Positions 9,978-18,627 of a DNA stretch of 39,911 bases are shown in pieces. The number at the start of each line of letters is the position of its first letter. The stretch's first letter is position 1. The position numbers were made by a program, and so were the translations under genes. The notes below the pieces were generated by a model, which had not been told where the DNA came from, made no database searches, and saw nothing but the letters and a program-made list of their open reading frames with translations. Origin of the DNA: a virus. Its lineage: Duplodnaviria > Caudoviricetes. Location of the stretch: IMG/VR virus record IMGVR_UViG_3300020042_006136, positions 1 to 39,911 of that record; one strand, 5' to 3'.

Positions 9978-10757
9978 ATGCGCCTTCTTTCACGGGCAAT
10001 CAGAACTGCATCACAGGGTGGTGCCACACTTCCAACAGTATGGCACTCACTCTTGGCGCAGCAGATAACATTTAGAAGGGGTGAAGTAAGTATGATTGCT
10101 GGTCCACCAGGGGCTGGTAAATCTACTTTTGCTTTATCACTTGCGGTGCATGTGCAGGTACCAACACTTTACATATCTGCAGATACACACTCCCATACAA
10201 TGAGTCTGCGCTTGCTTGCAATGTTAACTAACAGAACACAAGCAGAGGTTGAACCGATGATGGAGCAAGATAGGGAGTGGGCAGCCCAAATGCTTAAACC
10301 AGCAGACCATATTATGTGGGAGTTTGATTCTGCACCAACACTTAAAGATATAGAAGATGCAATACTTGCTGCCCGTGAACGATTGGGTAAAGATGTTGAA
10401 CTTATTATCTTAGACAATGCAGTTGATGTTACTCTTGAAAGTCAAGATGAGTGGGGTGGTTTACGCACCCTCATGCGTGAACTTAAGTGGTGGGCACGCG
10501 ATAGTGGTGCTGCTGTAGTTGTATGTCATCATACTAGCGAAGGTGTTACAGGTAATCCTTGTCCTCCACGCTCGTCATTGCATGGCAAAATTGCACAGAC
10601 ACCATCATTAATACTTACGGTATACGGTCAAGTAGCAACGATTGGCGTGTGTGCTGTTAAGAATAGATATGGACCAGCAGATGCCAATGGTGGTTCACCA
10701 GTTTGGCTTATCTATGAACCAGCAAGTATGCAGATAAAGGATGCGGTGATTCAATGA
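9978..10757 (+). CDS. DnaB/RecA-like ATPase (helicase)
   Basis: Walker A GPPGAGKS, Walker B IILD, VVCHH, KNRYG. Confidence 0.85.
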   Translation: MRLLSRAIRTASQGGATLPTVWHSLLAQQITFRRGEVSMIAGPPGAGKSTFALSLAVHVQVPTLYISADTHSHTMSLRLLAMLTNRTQAEVEPMMEQDREWAAQMLKPADHIMWEFDSAPTLKDIEDAILAARERLGKDVELIILDNAVDVTLESQDEWGGLRTLMRELKWWARDSGAAVVVCHHTSEGVTGNPCPPRSSLHGKIAQTPSLILTVYGQVATIGVCAVKNRYGPADANGGSPVWLIYEPASMQIKDAVIQ

Positions 10758-11071
10758 CATGGGAACTTAAGTTAGTAGAAAACATAGGTGACTTAACTGG
10801 CACCTACGATAGTGAGAGCGTAGTTGTACCTACCAAAACACTGATTGAAGATATGGAAAAGCAGTTGAAGTTTTTACCTAAGAATTTTACTTGGACAGTG
10901 GGATGGAGAACTTATGTTTGGCAAGAAACGGAAACAAAAGAATTTAAAGAACTTACACAAAAAGAACATGAAGAACTTTACAGAGGAGCAACTCTTACTT
11001 TCCCCGCAGATGGTGGAGAAAGCGATACAGAACTCGGACCTACCACCACCGATGAAGGAAGCATTACTTAA
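10754..11071 (+). CDS. Hypothetical protein
   Basis: 105 aa ORF, ATGA overlap with helicase. Confidence 0.6.
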   Translation: MTWELKLVENIGDLTGTYDSESVVVPTKTLIEDMEKQLKFLPKNFTWTVGWRTYVWQETETKEFKELTQKEHEELYRGATLTFPADGGESDTELGPTTTDEGSIT

Positions 11072-11336
11072 TGAACTCCCTGAGTTTGTGGAACATATTG
11101 ATGAAGCGACACAAAGAATCTTCAACCCTTCCTCCGTCTGGCTTGAGTCAATCCAGTTTGCTGACTATGTGGGTCAACTTGCACTTCATCTCAGGGAGGA
11201 ACATGGAGGAGATTGCAGAGAAGAAATCGCAGACCGACTTGGATTAATGAGTGAATCGTTCAAGGACTTAGCCGAGAACGCAATGAAAGTAATAGACCAA
11301 TCACAGAAAGCATTTAAAACAAATGGCACACACTAA
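10968..11336 (+). CDS. Hypothetical protein
   Basis: Acidic helical ORF filling the operon; start uncertain (10914/10968/11010). Confidence 0.55.
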   Translation: MKNFTEEQLLLSPQMVEKAIQNSDLPPPMKEALLNELPEFVEHIDEATQRIFNPSSVWLESIQFADYVGQLALHLREEHGGDCREEIADRLGLMSESFKDLAENAMKVIDQSQKAFKTNGTH

Positions 11337-12060
11337 TAAAGAAACGCTATCCATAGTATGGTGTGATAATGGCACCACAGATGGCAAGTTTACAGAAGGT
11401 TTAGTTTATTCAATAATAACTGCAAGTGGTAATGGAGTTCCAATTAACAATGCTATCCGTGTACAGGGTAATCAGATAGCAAGACAACGCCAAGCAGCGA
11501 TTGAGATGTGGGCAAAGGTTGGAACTGATTGGGCACTATGGGTTGATTCAGATATTGTATTAACTAAAGAACATTTAAAAACTTTATGGGATACTGCGGA
11601 TAAGATTGCTCGCCCCATAGTATGTGGTGTTTATTTTATATCCAAGGAAATGGAAAATTCTTTGATGAAACCTTTTCCTTGTGTCTTTAATGAAACTGGC
11701 AACGAGTATGAGATTCAATATTTACACCCACTACCTTTAAACCAAATTGTTAAGATTGACAATGCTGGCATGGGATTAGTTCTTATGCACAAAAGTGTAC
11801 TTACTAAACTAAATGAAAAATTCCCTGACAATTTTTTGTTTGGGGAGAATAATGAAAAGGGAGAGAAATTTATTGGTGAAGATATTTCTTTCTTTAGGAA
11901 AGTAAAAGCAGCAGGCATACCAGTTCATGTACATACTGGAGTTACTGCTCAACACATAAAACGATTCTCAGTTGACATTGCATACTACAATCTTTATTGG
12001 GCAGCATACGAAGCAGCAGAACGGAGAGAGCATGAGTCAACAAAAGAGCAACAAGCGTAG
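11323..12060 (+). CDS. Glycosyltransferase (GT-A fold, family 2-like)
   Basis: WALWVDSDIV (DxD), GMGLVLMHK, GEDISF. Confidence 0.8.
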   Translation: MAHTNKETLSIVWCDNGTTDGKFTEGLVYSIITASGNGVPINNAIRVQGNQIARQRQAAIEMWAKVGTDWALWVDSDIVLTKEHLKTLWDTADKIARPIVCGVYFISKEMENSLMKPFPCVFNETGNEYEIQYLHPLPLNQIVKIDNAGMGLVLMHKSVLTKLNEKFPDNFLFGENNEKGEKFIGEDISFFRKVKAAGIPVHVHTGVTAQHIKRFSVDIAYYNLYWAAYEAAERREHESTKEQQA

Positions 12061-12394
12061 AGGTGCTAACTTTGAAATAGAGTTAGTTGATTGGCTAATG
12101 ACTCAGGGTCTAAACGCCCAGCGATTGCCTCGTGCAGGGCGCAATGATGTTGGTGATGCCTTCGTGCCTGGGGTCAATGGCTCTTATGTTATAGAAGCCA
12201 AGGCTCCAAGGCGTGATGGGCGCATTGACTTATCAGGTTGGTTGCGTGAAGCACAAATAGAAGCAGAAAACTATAAAGAACAAAAGAAACTTGCTCTTAC
12301 GCCAACACCATTGGTGATTATCAAAGCAAGTAACAAAGGAATAGGCGATGCTTATGTTGTTCAAAGGCTCAGTGATGTCCTCCCGAACTTCTAA
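12032..12394 (+). CDS. Holliday junction resolvase-like nuclease
   Basis: KRRGANFE...DVGD...VIEAK; GGAG RBS before ATG 12032. Confidence 0.75.
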   Translation: MSQQKSNKRRGANFEIELVDWLMTQGLNAQRLPRAGRNDVGDAFVPGVNGSYVIEAKAPRRDGRIDLSGWLREAQIEAENYKEQKKLALTPTPLVIIKASNKGIGDAYVVQRLSDVLPNF

Positions 12395-12752
12395 GCATGA
12401 CCTCGTAAAAGTACTAGAACATTACGGGTTCACTATTCCAAGTAACCGTGGTGGTTGGATGTCACTTCGCTGTGTATTCCATAACGACCATGTGAAGTCT
12501 GCTCGTTTAAACATTGATGGCGGTGGCTATAGATGTTTTGCTTGTGACATGGCTGGAGATGTTTATTCAATTATTATGAAACGAGAAGGAGTTGATTATG
12601 GCAAGGCTCTCAAAATCGCAGAGGGAATTACTGGCGAAAGCAACACAGAGTTACGAAGCAAACCTCAACGAGGCTCTACCATATCTAAAGAGTCGCGGTA
12701 TAACAGAGGAAACGGCTCGTATATTCCGACTCGGATTCGTGGCGACTCCTGA
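12375..12752 (+). CDS. DNA primase zinc-binding (CHC2) subunit
   Basis: CVFHND...YRCFAC...GDV. Confidence 0.85.
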   Translation: MSSRTSKHDLVKVLEHYGFTIPSNRGGWMSLRCVFHNDHVKSARLNIDGGGYRCFACDMAGDVYSIIMKREGVDYGKALKIAEGITGESNTELRSKPQRGSTISKESRYNRGNGSYIPTRIRGDS

Positions 12753-13224
12753 AACAGGGCATGAGTTATACCTAGGTAAGTTATCTATTCCATACATAAC
12801 ACCATCAGGTGTAGTTGATATTCGTTTTCGTAGTTTAAGTAATGATAATGGACCAAAATATCTTTCACGCCCTGGTGCTACTACCCACATATACAACATA
12901 ACTGCATTAAATCAAGACAGTGGTATGTTAGTTGTGTGTGAAGGTGAGATTGATACCATCATCGCCTCACAGGTTGGCTTTACTGCGGTTGGTTTGCCTG
13001 GGGCAAACAACTGGAAGCACTACTACTCCCGTGTGCTTGATGGCTGGGATAAAATAATGTTGTTTTGTGATGGCGATAATGCTGGTAGGGAAATGGCAAA
13101 GAATATCAGCAGGGAATTAGATAATGTTTTTCCTGTGTTTATGCCCGATAACCAAGATGTTAATGATGTATTCTTAACAGAGGGCGCGGATGGTTTACGC
13201 AGGCGTGTGGGTATTACACCTTGA
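12598..13224 (+). CDS. DNA primase catalytic (TOPRIM) subunit
   Basis: YLKSRGI, PKYL, VCEGEID, DGDNAG, DVND; own AAGGAG RBS. Confidence 0.88.
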   Translation: MARLSKSQRELLAKATQSYEANLNEALPYLKSRGITEETARIFRLGFVATPETGHELYLGKLSIPYITPSGVVDIRFRSLSNDNGPKYLSRPGATTHIYNITALNQDSGMLVVCEGEIDTIIASQVGFTAVGLPGANNWKHYYSRVLDGWDKIMLFCDGDNAGREMAKNISRELDNVFPVFMPDNQDVNDVFLTEGADGLRRRVGITP

Positions 13225-13619
13225 CAAAAAACTCAGCGTTTGATTTAGACTTTGGATACGGAAGAAAAGGAGAAAAACTTGTTGAAGAATTACTCACCGA
13301 AGGTAGAACTGTGGAAGTCAAGAGAGATAGAAAGTGGTACAAAACAAACAATCTATACATTGAAACTTCCTGCTATTTTAAAAAGACCGAAGCATGGGCA
13401 GATTCAGGGCTTTCAGTTACGGAGGCTTCCTATTGGGCTTTCGTTCTACAGGTATCAGTCATCTTGGTACCTACACCTGTACTTAGGTATGCCGTAGACA
13501 AATTTGGTAGGGATATAACCTGCGAGATACCACCTAACTTAAGTAAAGGTTACTTGATAACAGTAGATGATTTAATGACTGCAACAAGAGAGCACAAGGA
13601 TAAGCCAACAGATGGATGA
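13221..13619 (+). CDS. Putative PD-(D/E)XK-family nuclease
   Basis: GEKLV...VEVKRD...NLYIE. Confidence 0.5.
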   Translation: MTKNSAFDLDFGYGRKGEKLVEELLTEGRTVEVKRDRKWYKTNNLYIETSCYFKKTEAWADSGLSVTEASYWAFVLQVSVILVPTPVLRYAVDKFGRDITCEIPPNLSKGYLITVDDLMTATREHKDKPTDG

Positions 13620-14295
13620 ACAAGATAAAGTTTGGGAAAACATTTATAGTATAGCCCGTCAAGTGGCGAGCCGTGCTAATAGAATCCATCGTGGGCTTGT
13701 AAGTACTGATGATTTATACCAGCACATGTCCTTGTGGGCGTTAGAACACTGGCACAAGATTGAACAATGGCAGGGTGAAGAAAGTTTAAAGTATAAATTG
13801 CGTAAGACTTTCTACAATGAAGCGCAAAAATATGTAGCCAAAGAGAGAGCGCAACACTCACGCGCTCCAATGTCGGATACTTTTTATTATACCCATGTAG
13901 TATTACATGAGTTACTTCGTGATGTGTGGGAGTATGCTGGCTGGACTAGTGCACCTGATACTAGAACAGAGTTTACTTCACACTCTAGTAAACCTTCCGA
14001 AGGTGGTAATAGATTGGCGTTACTATCAGATGTATCAGCAGCGGTAAATCGTTTAAACAAAAATGATAAAGACTTGCTCCGTCTGCGTTATTCAGAGGGT
14101 GGTATGGAGTTTGCCGCGCTTGCTGAAAGTTATGAAACCACCGAAGAAGCCATGCGTAAGCGTGTTAAGCGTGCCTTAGATAAGTTACAAGATAGGCTAG
14201 GTGGTGAAGCACCAATATGGCGTGGGCGTAGGCGTATTCGTAGCAATGCACAAGCACAAGCAGAGATAAGAAACCAAGAAGAGAGTGGGGACTAA
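13612..14295 (+). CDS. Sigma-70-like/HTH transcription factor
   Basis: DDLYQ region-2-like segment; C-terminal LLRLRY...LAESYETTEEAMRKRVKRALDKL region-4 HTH. Confidence 0.7.
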   Translation: MDEQDKVWENIYSIARQVASRANRIHRGLVSTDDLYQHMSLWALEHWHKIEQWQGEESLKYKLRKTFYNEAQKYVAKERAQHSRAPMSDTFYYTHVVLHELLRDVWEYAGWTSAPDTRTEFTSHSSKPSEGGNRLALLSDVSAAVNRLNKNDKDLLRLRYSEGGMEFAALAESYETTEEAMRKRVKRALDKLQDRLGGEAPIWRGRRRIRSNAQAQAEIRNQEESGD

Positions 14296-14296
14296 A

Positions 14297-14389
14297 ATGG
14301 AATCTATTTTATGGCAGTTGCAAATGCTTTTACTTGACCTAGAGTTCTATAAACTAGTGTTAGAAATATATGAAAGGCTAGGACAATAA
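14297..14389 (+). CDS. Small hypothetical protein (30 aa)
   Basis: MESILWQLQMLLLDLEFYK...; fills gap, coupled to next ORF. Confidence 0.4.
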   Translation: MESILWQLQMLLLDLEFYKLVLEIYERLGQ

Positions 14390-14490
14390 TGAGTGAAGTA
14401 ATAATTATTGCCTTGTTAACAGTAAATACTGTGGCAATTATATTCTTTGTTTATAGTTATGGCATAGCAAAAAATTGGTGGGGTGATTAG
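14389..14490 (+). CDS. Small membrane protein (33 aa)
   Basis: MSEVIIIALLTVNTVAIIFFVYSYG...; TAATG and TAGTG coupling. Confidence 0.5.
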   Translation: MSEVIIIALLTVNTVAIIFFVYSYGIAKNWWGD

Positions 14491-15029
14491 TGATAATTGG
14501 TTTGAGTGGATACGCACGCAGTGGTAAAGATACTGTCGCAGAATTGTTGTGTCTTAATTACGGATACAAAAGAGTTTCATTTGCAGACCCTATGCGCCAA
14601 GCGTTATATGTCTTAAGTCCTAAACTAGATAATGTTACTCGCTTATCAGAATATGTGGATGAGTATGGTTGGGATGTAGCCAAGCAGAACCAAGAGGTTC
14701 GTAGATTACTTCAGGTATTTGGCACAGAGGTTGGTCGCAAAATGTTTGGTTTAGATTTTTGGATTGACATAGCATTAAAGAATTTAGATGGCAGTAGCAA
14801 GGTCGTAGTTAGTGATGTTAGATTTCCTAATGAGGCTGAAACAATAAAGAAACTTGGCGGTTCTATATGGCGCATCAACAGACATAATCTTAACGCAGTC
14901 AATGGTCACCCATCAGAACATGCAATGGATAGTTATATGGTTAGCCATGTTATTTACAATGACGGAACTCTTGATGACTTAAGTGATGAAGTATTTATGT
15001 TGGCTAAAGAGTTAGACTTGGACAAATAA
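14490..15029 (+). CDS. Deoxynucleoside monophosphate kinase
   Basis: IIGLSGYARSGKDT, FADP, RRLLQVFGTE, SDVRFPNE, HPSE. Confidence 0.9.
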   Translation: MIIGLSGYARSGKDTVAELLCLNYGYKRVSFADPMRQALYVLSPKLDNVTRLSEYVDEYGWDVAKQNQEVRRLLQVFGTEVGRKMFGLDFWIDIALKNLDGSSKVVVSDVRFPNEAETIKKLGGSIWRINRHNLNAVNGHPSEHAMDSYMVSHVIYNDGTLDDLSDEVFMLAKELDLDK

Positions 15030-15067
15030 GAAAACCCAACAAGACAGGAGAGTATTGCTGGGCTTTC
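15022..15067 (-). terminator. Intrinsic terminator of the leftward operon
   Basis: Minus-strand RNA GAAAGCCCAGCAA-UACUCUCCUGUC-UUGUUGGGUUUUC (13 bp including 2 G-U), then UUAUUUGU. Confidence 0.8.
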
Positions 15068-15075
15068 AAGTAGAA

Positions 15076-15420
15076 CTATATCACACTTTTTAACTCAGCC
15101 ACCTGTATTTTCATTAAGCGCCTTAATTTTTTTCTCCTGTTTGGTGTAGTGCCACCCCATATTCCGTATCTTTCATGTGCTAAACCCCACTCCAAACAAG
15201 CCGTAATTGCTGGGCAATTATCACACATCTTGTTAATCATTTTCTCTTCTGCGTATGTGAAAGTATCTTGTGTTGGAAAGAATACACTGGTATCTATGCC
15301 AATACATCTAGCATTTTCAAATAAATTAGAGTTGTATCTTAAGACATAACGAGTTACTGGTTCACCTACTTGATTTAACATTTGTTTTTCTTCTTGTATT
15401 CTGTGGTGTTTTGGCTTCAT
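15076..15420 (-). CDS. whiB: WhiB-family transcription factor
   Basis: Four Cys (ARC...CDNCP...C), FFP, GIWGG and basic tail. Confidence 0.93.
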   Translation of the reverse strand: MKPKHHRIQEEKQMLNQVGEPVTRYVLRYNSNLFENARCIGIDTSVFFPTQDTFTYAEEKMINKMCDNCPAITACLEWGLAHERYGIWGGTTPNRRKKLRRLMKIQVAELKSVI

Positions 15421-15423
15421 GTC

Positions 15424-15867
15424 TTAATACCAATTCTTTGCTAGATGGTGGGCGTATGCTTTGCATATACCCTTCTTGCCATATTTTCTTTCAATATAAG
15501 CAAGTCCAGCATCAACTTGTCTATACCCATTGAGTGTAGGTTTCGTATCTATATTTACCCAAGTAGCAGGCATGAGTTGTGCTATGCCTAACGCACCGCT
15601 TGATTTGTTGCGTGCCTTTGGTCGCCAGTTACTCTCCTTTGTCCATAATTCAAAGAGGCAAGGGTATTGTTCAAGCATATCCATTTGAATTAATTTATCT
15701 ACCGCATACCTTTGATAGTCATTGTTGTAGTATGCAATTACTTTGCCTTTAGGTTGGTGATTTATGTTTACGATTGGCGTATTAATAATTAATAACACAC
15801 CTAAAATTACTGCTGACACTATCCATAATCTAGCGTGCGGGTGTATCTGTCTTAAGACATTAAACAT
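15424..15867 (-). CDS. Membrane-anchored lytic transglycosylase (SLT-like)
   Basis: TM segment, then KESNW, GALGIAQLMP, QVDAGLAYIERKYG; start moved to ATG 15867 (GAGG RBS). Confidence 0.85.
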   Translation of the reverse strand: MFNVLRQIHPHARLWIVSAVILGVLLIINTPIVNINHQPKGKVIAYYNNDYQRYAVDKLIQMDMLEQYPCLFELWTKESNWRPKARNKSSGALGIAQLMPATWVNIDTKPTLNGYRQVDAGLAYIERKYGKKGICKAYAHHLAKNWY

Positions 15868-15868
15868 T

Positions 15869-16006
15869 TTAATCCTCATCTTCCGACATGCGGTCAGGTG
15901 TGCCACTATCATCAGGTGTGCAGTCGCACTCTACTGCATCACATTGACTACATGCGTATAGAGAGCGTGCCACACTATCCCCGTCTAGGTATTGAGGGTC
16001 AGCCAT
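15869..16006 (-). CDS. Small acidic Cys-rich protein (45 aa)
   Basis: MADPQYLDGD...CSQC...CDC...; GAGG RBS; hand-translated. Confidence 0.55.
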   Translation of the reverse strand: MADPQYLDGDSVARSLYACSQCDAVECDCTPDDSGTPDRMSEDED

Positions 16007-16142
16007 TTGCTTCAACCTCATTTTTTTTCAGGTCGTTAATGGTTGGCTCGTTTAATTCTTTATACATAGAGGCAAGTAAAGCATTAGAAAACTCGTTAAC
16101 TCTATTGTAATACCAAAACATGAACTCTTGATTATTACTCAT
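15999..16142 (-). CDS. Hypothetical protein (47 aa)
   Basis: MSNNQEFMFWYYN...; AAGGAGG RBS. Confidence 0.65.
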   Translation of the reverse strand: MSNNQEFMFWYYNRVNEFSNALLASMYKELNEPTINDLKKNEVEANG

Positions 16143-16288
16143 TTGTTGTCCTCCTTTCCTGTCTTAAGTCGGATTAAATTGTTTGCACTTTCTACAAGTG
16201 AACTCCAACTAAACTCAACCCACCCACAGTCTACACACTCATCTAACATGTTAACTTTCCAGCCACATTTAGGGCATACCTTTAACAT
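16139..16288 (-). CDS. Zinc-ribbon protein (49 aa)
   Basis: MLKVCPKCG...CVDCG; ACAGGAG RBS. Confidence 0.65.
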   Translation of the reverse strand: MLKVCPKCGWKVNMLDECVDCGWVEFSWSSLVESANNLIRLKTGKEDNK

Positions 16289-16434
16289 TATATTTCTCCT
16301 GTCTTAAGTAATAACATTGGTTTATGGCAGTTTAATTTAGGGCATCTAACTATGTATTTTTCCCACGATTGCTGATAGATAAATTGTTTTCTAACAGTAT
16401 CACAGTAACGACATGTAAATTCAAGGTCAGGCAT
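16288..16434 (-). CDS. Zinc-ribbon protein (48 aa)
   Basis: MPDLEFTCRYC...CPKLNC; ACAGGAG RBS. Confidence 0.65.
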   Translation of the reverse strand: MPDLEFTCRYCDTVRKQFIYQQSWEKYIVRCPKLNCHKPMLLLKTGEI

Positions 16435-16666
16435 TGGCTTTCTCCTGTCTTAAGTTCCAGTTATCCATCTGTTCACTAACATGCTCGCTCAGTTCTTCTT
16501 CCATGCCTGTGAATTTACCATCACCAGCATAGCCATACTCATAACTCATGGTTTCTGAGTTGAATATACTTCCGTTCGGGAATAGTGCTTCTTCCCCGTC
16601 TATATCTATATCCCACTCTTTAGTTTCTTCATCAAACACTATAACAAAATGATAACGCCTTGTCAT
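16427..16666 (-). CDS. Hypothetical acidic protein
   Basis: 79 aa, ACAGGAG RBS. Confidence 0.75.
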   Translation of the reverse strand: MTRRYHFVIVFDEETKEWDIDIDGEEALFPNGSIFNSETMSYEYGYAGDGKFTGMEEELSEHVSEQMDNWNLRQEKANA

Positions 16667-16692
16667 TGTAGTTCTCCTGTCTTAAGTAAGGA

Positions 16693-16917
16693 TTACCTTT
16701 TAAGTAATCGTTGAGTGATAATCTCACGAGTGTTATCGTAAGAGTTAGAGGCTCGCCCGTCAATACCTTCTGTCCACACAATAAGGCGATGGTCATAACG
16801 GATAGTGCTACCTGCTCCGTATAAATCCATCAACAGCGATGCTCCTTCCGTATCTTTACATGATGCCACATACCCACCCGTTGGGTCGTAGACTTTGTAT
16901 ATTGGTGATGCTCCCAT
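16693..16917 (-). CDS. Hypothetical protein
   Basis: 74 aa, AAGGA RBS. Confidence 0.75.
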   Translation of the reverse strand: MGASPIYKVYDPTGGYVASCKDTEGASLLMDLYGAGSTIRYDHRLIVWTEGIDGRASNSYDNTREIITQRLLKR

Positions 16918-17199
16918 TTATTTTGTTTCCTTTTCTTTATAAGTAAGTTCATCTAAGTATGATGCCAAACTATTGCCATTGTTTGCTTCTTCGTCCCACT
17001 CAAGTGCCCATTGTGGTGATTTAAGACTGTTTAACAACTGGGTTTCATTGTTTCTCCAATACAATTCATACCCGTTAAACTCGTCCCAAAACAACAAGAC
17101 TTTATATTCTTCTTTATCATAATTGAAAGTAATATATCTCTTCCAACTTGTTTCTTCGTGATGTTTGCTTATTACTTTTATTTCTTGTGTCGCGTTCAT
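16918..17199 (-). CDS. Hypothetical protein
   Basis: 93 aa, ACAGGAG RBS. Confidence 0.75.
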   Translation of the reverse strand: MNATQEIKVISKHHEETSWKRYITFNYDKEEYKVLLFWDEFNGYELYWRNNETQLLNSLKSPQWALEWDEEANNGNSLASYLDELTYKEKETK

Positions 17200-17233
17200 T
17201 ACATTTCTCCTGTCTTAAGTAATAATCTACGGA

Positions 17234-17560
17234 CTATCCGTAAATTACTTTGCCGAGAACAGCCACCTGCATTACTGCATCAGCGCAGATACTGTCGTAA
17301 TTGTCAAAGTTAAACAAGTCCATATAGACCTGCTCGTTAGCGATAGGTAAAGCCTTGGCTAAATCTTCTATGCCAATTATCTTTTCTACTCGCTTATCAT
17401 TTTCATCAAGGGCTACAACTTTAACTCTGCCTACTGTTTCCCAGTCGGCATCATCTAAGTATTCAGCCTCAATAAAATGGTCGCCAAAAGAGAAAGGGCT
17501 TGCACCAAAAACTGTGCTCCACAATTTCTTATCGTCAACCTGTATTGTTATTGTTGCCAT
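17234..17560 (-). CDS. Hypothetical phage protein
   Basis: 108 aa ending DSICADAVMQVAVLGKVIYG; ACAGGAG RBS. Confidence 0.8.
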   Translation of the reverse strand: MATITIQVDDKKLWSTVFGASPFSFGDHFIEAEYLDDADWETVGRVKVVALDENDKRVEKIIGIEDLAKALPIANEQVYMDLFNFDNYDSICADAVMQVAVLGKVIYG

Positions 17561-17591
17561 TGTATTTCTCCTGTCTGTTGGTGTTGGTAAA

Positions 17592-17647
17592 ACATTATCA
17601 TTGGCAGTTACCTGCTGTCAACTATCTTTGATGTGATGTTTGCCTCA
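17592..17647 (-). promoter_or_regulatory. Leftward housekeeping-sigma promoter with upstream CRP-like box
   Basis: TTGACA (17621-17616), 18 nt, TAATGT preceded by TGn; TGTGA-N6-CCTCA at 17632-17647. Confidence 0.65.
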
Positions 17648-17727
17648 TGTCTTAAGTCATATCCGTGCCCACATTGTGAGATTAATACAAGGCAATCACC
17701 GCAATAAACTTCTTGTTTGTTGCTCAT
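17608..17727 (-). CDS. Small Cys/His protein (39 aa)
   Basis: MSNKQEVYCGDC...CGH; ACAGGA RBS, ATGA overlap. Confidence 0.45.
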   Translation of the reverse strand: MSNKQEVYCGDCLVLISQCGHGYDLRHEANITSKIVDSR

Positions 17728-17861
17728 TGCTGTTCCTGTCTTGGGCAATCGTCATAAGGAAAATACTCTTGCTCCTCACACATGCACCAATTAAATTTTT
17801 CTACTTGTGTAGCGTGGGTAAGTAGTGCCAACTCACCCCAACTTATAGACATCTCACTCAT
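17724..17861 (-). CDS. Hypothetical protein (45 aa)
   Basis: MSEMSISWGELA...WCMCE...YDDCP; AGGAGG RBS. Confidence 0.6.
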   Translation of the reverse strand: MSEMSISWGELALLTHATQVEKFNWCMCEEQEYFPYDDCPRQEQQ

Positions 17862-17884
17862 TATTATCCTCCTGTCTTAATACA

Positions 17885-18043
17885 TTATTTGTATAGTAGG
17901 TCAAGGCAAAATTGAGATAAGTTTTCAAACTCAACTTTGCATTGGTCGGGTGTAGTCATGTCATTTAGTAGCCATATAATAGCCAGCAGTAGAGCGGTCA
18001 GTAGCCCCGCTCTAACTCTGCGCCCTCGCTTTGTTAGGTTCAT
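17885..18043 (-). CDS. Small membrane protein (52 aa)
   Basis: MNLTKRGRRVRAGLLTALLLAIIWLL...; basic N-terminus, TM helix, two Cys. Confidence 0.7.
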   Translation of the reverse strand: MNLTKRGRRVRAGLLTALLLAIIWLLNDMTTPDQCKVEFENLSQFCLDLLYK

Positions 18044-18046
18044 GTC

Positions 18047-18472
18047 TTAAGCCATAACTAACGAAGGCTTGATTTTGGTAGGCGTTGGGGTGTTTAATGC
18101 CCAGTAAGCCCAGCCAATTTTTGGGGTAAAGATATAGGCATACTCAGCACATGAACCACGAGCATATTCTAAATACTCACCAGCATAGATAAATTCTTTT
18201 GCTTCAGTATCAACCGAACCCCTGTCCCTGCCATAGGCAAGACACCAGTTTTCATTATGGTTTTTGTAATCGTTAAAGTCTTGCTTCTCTCCCAGTTCCT
18301 GTCTTAATACAGATAAGTCCCCAAGATTTAATAAAGCCTCAACTTTATCGGTGGTTTGGTAATAGTTTGCCAGCGTTTGACCTACCCCTTCAGGGTAGCC
18401 GTCATAGTGGCAGTAGATAGCCCTAATCTTGCTATCTTCCTGCTGTATTCCAATCATGCTACGAGTTGACAT
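18047..18472 (-). CDS. Conserved phage protein (YCHYDGYP family)
   Basis: MSTRSMIG...IYCHYDGYPEGVG...LGDLS...YGRDRG...EYAYIF. Confidence 0.8.
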   Translation of the reverse strand: MSTRSMIGIQQEDSKIRAIYCHYDGYPEGVGQTLANYYQTTDKVEALLNLGDLSVLRQELGEKQDFNDYKNHNENWCLAYGRDRGSVDTEAKEFIYAGEYLEYARGSCAEYAYIFTPKIGWAYWALNTPTPTKIKPSLVMA

Positions 18473-18626
18473 GTTTTGCCATTTCCTCACAACAAGGCTT
18501 GTATTCAGAAAGCACCCAATCTAAGGCTTCAACCCAGCCTGCTAATATATCTTCTGTGCCGTCTGTGGTATTAGAGTTGCGTTTGATTTCCTCTAATTCA
18601 TCTTTAACTTCTTTACTTGTTCTCAT
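18459..18626 (-). CDS. Hypothetical protein (55 aa)
   Basis: MRTSKEVKDE...GWVEALDWVL; AGGAGG RBS. Confidence 0.7.
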   Translation of the reverse strand: MRTSKEVKDELEEIKRNSNTTDGTEDILAGWVEALDWVLSEYKPCCEEMAKHVNS

Positions 18627-18627
18627 A

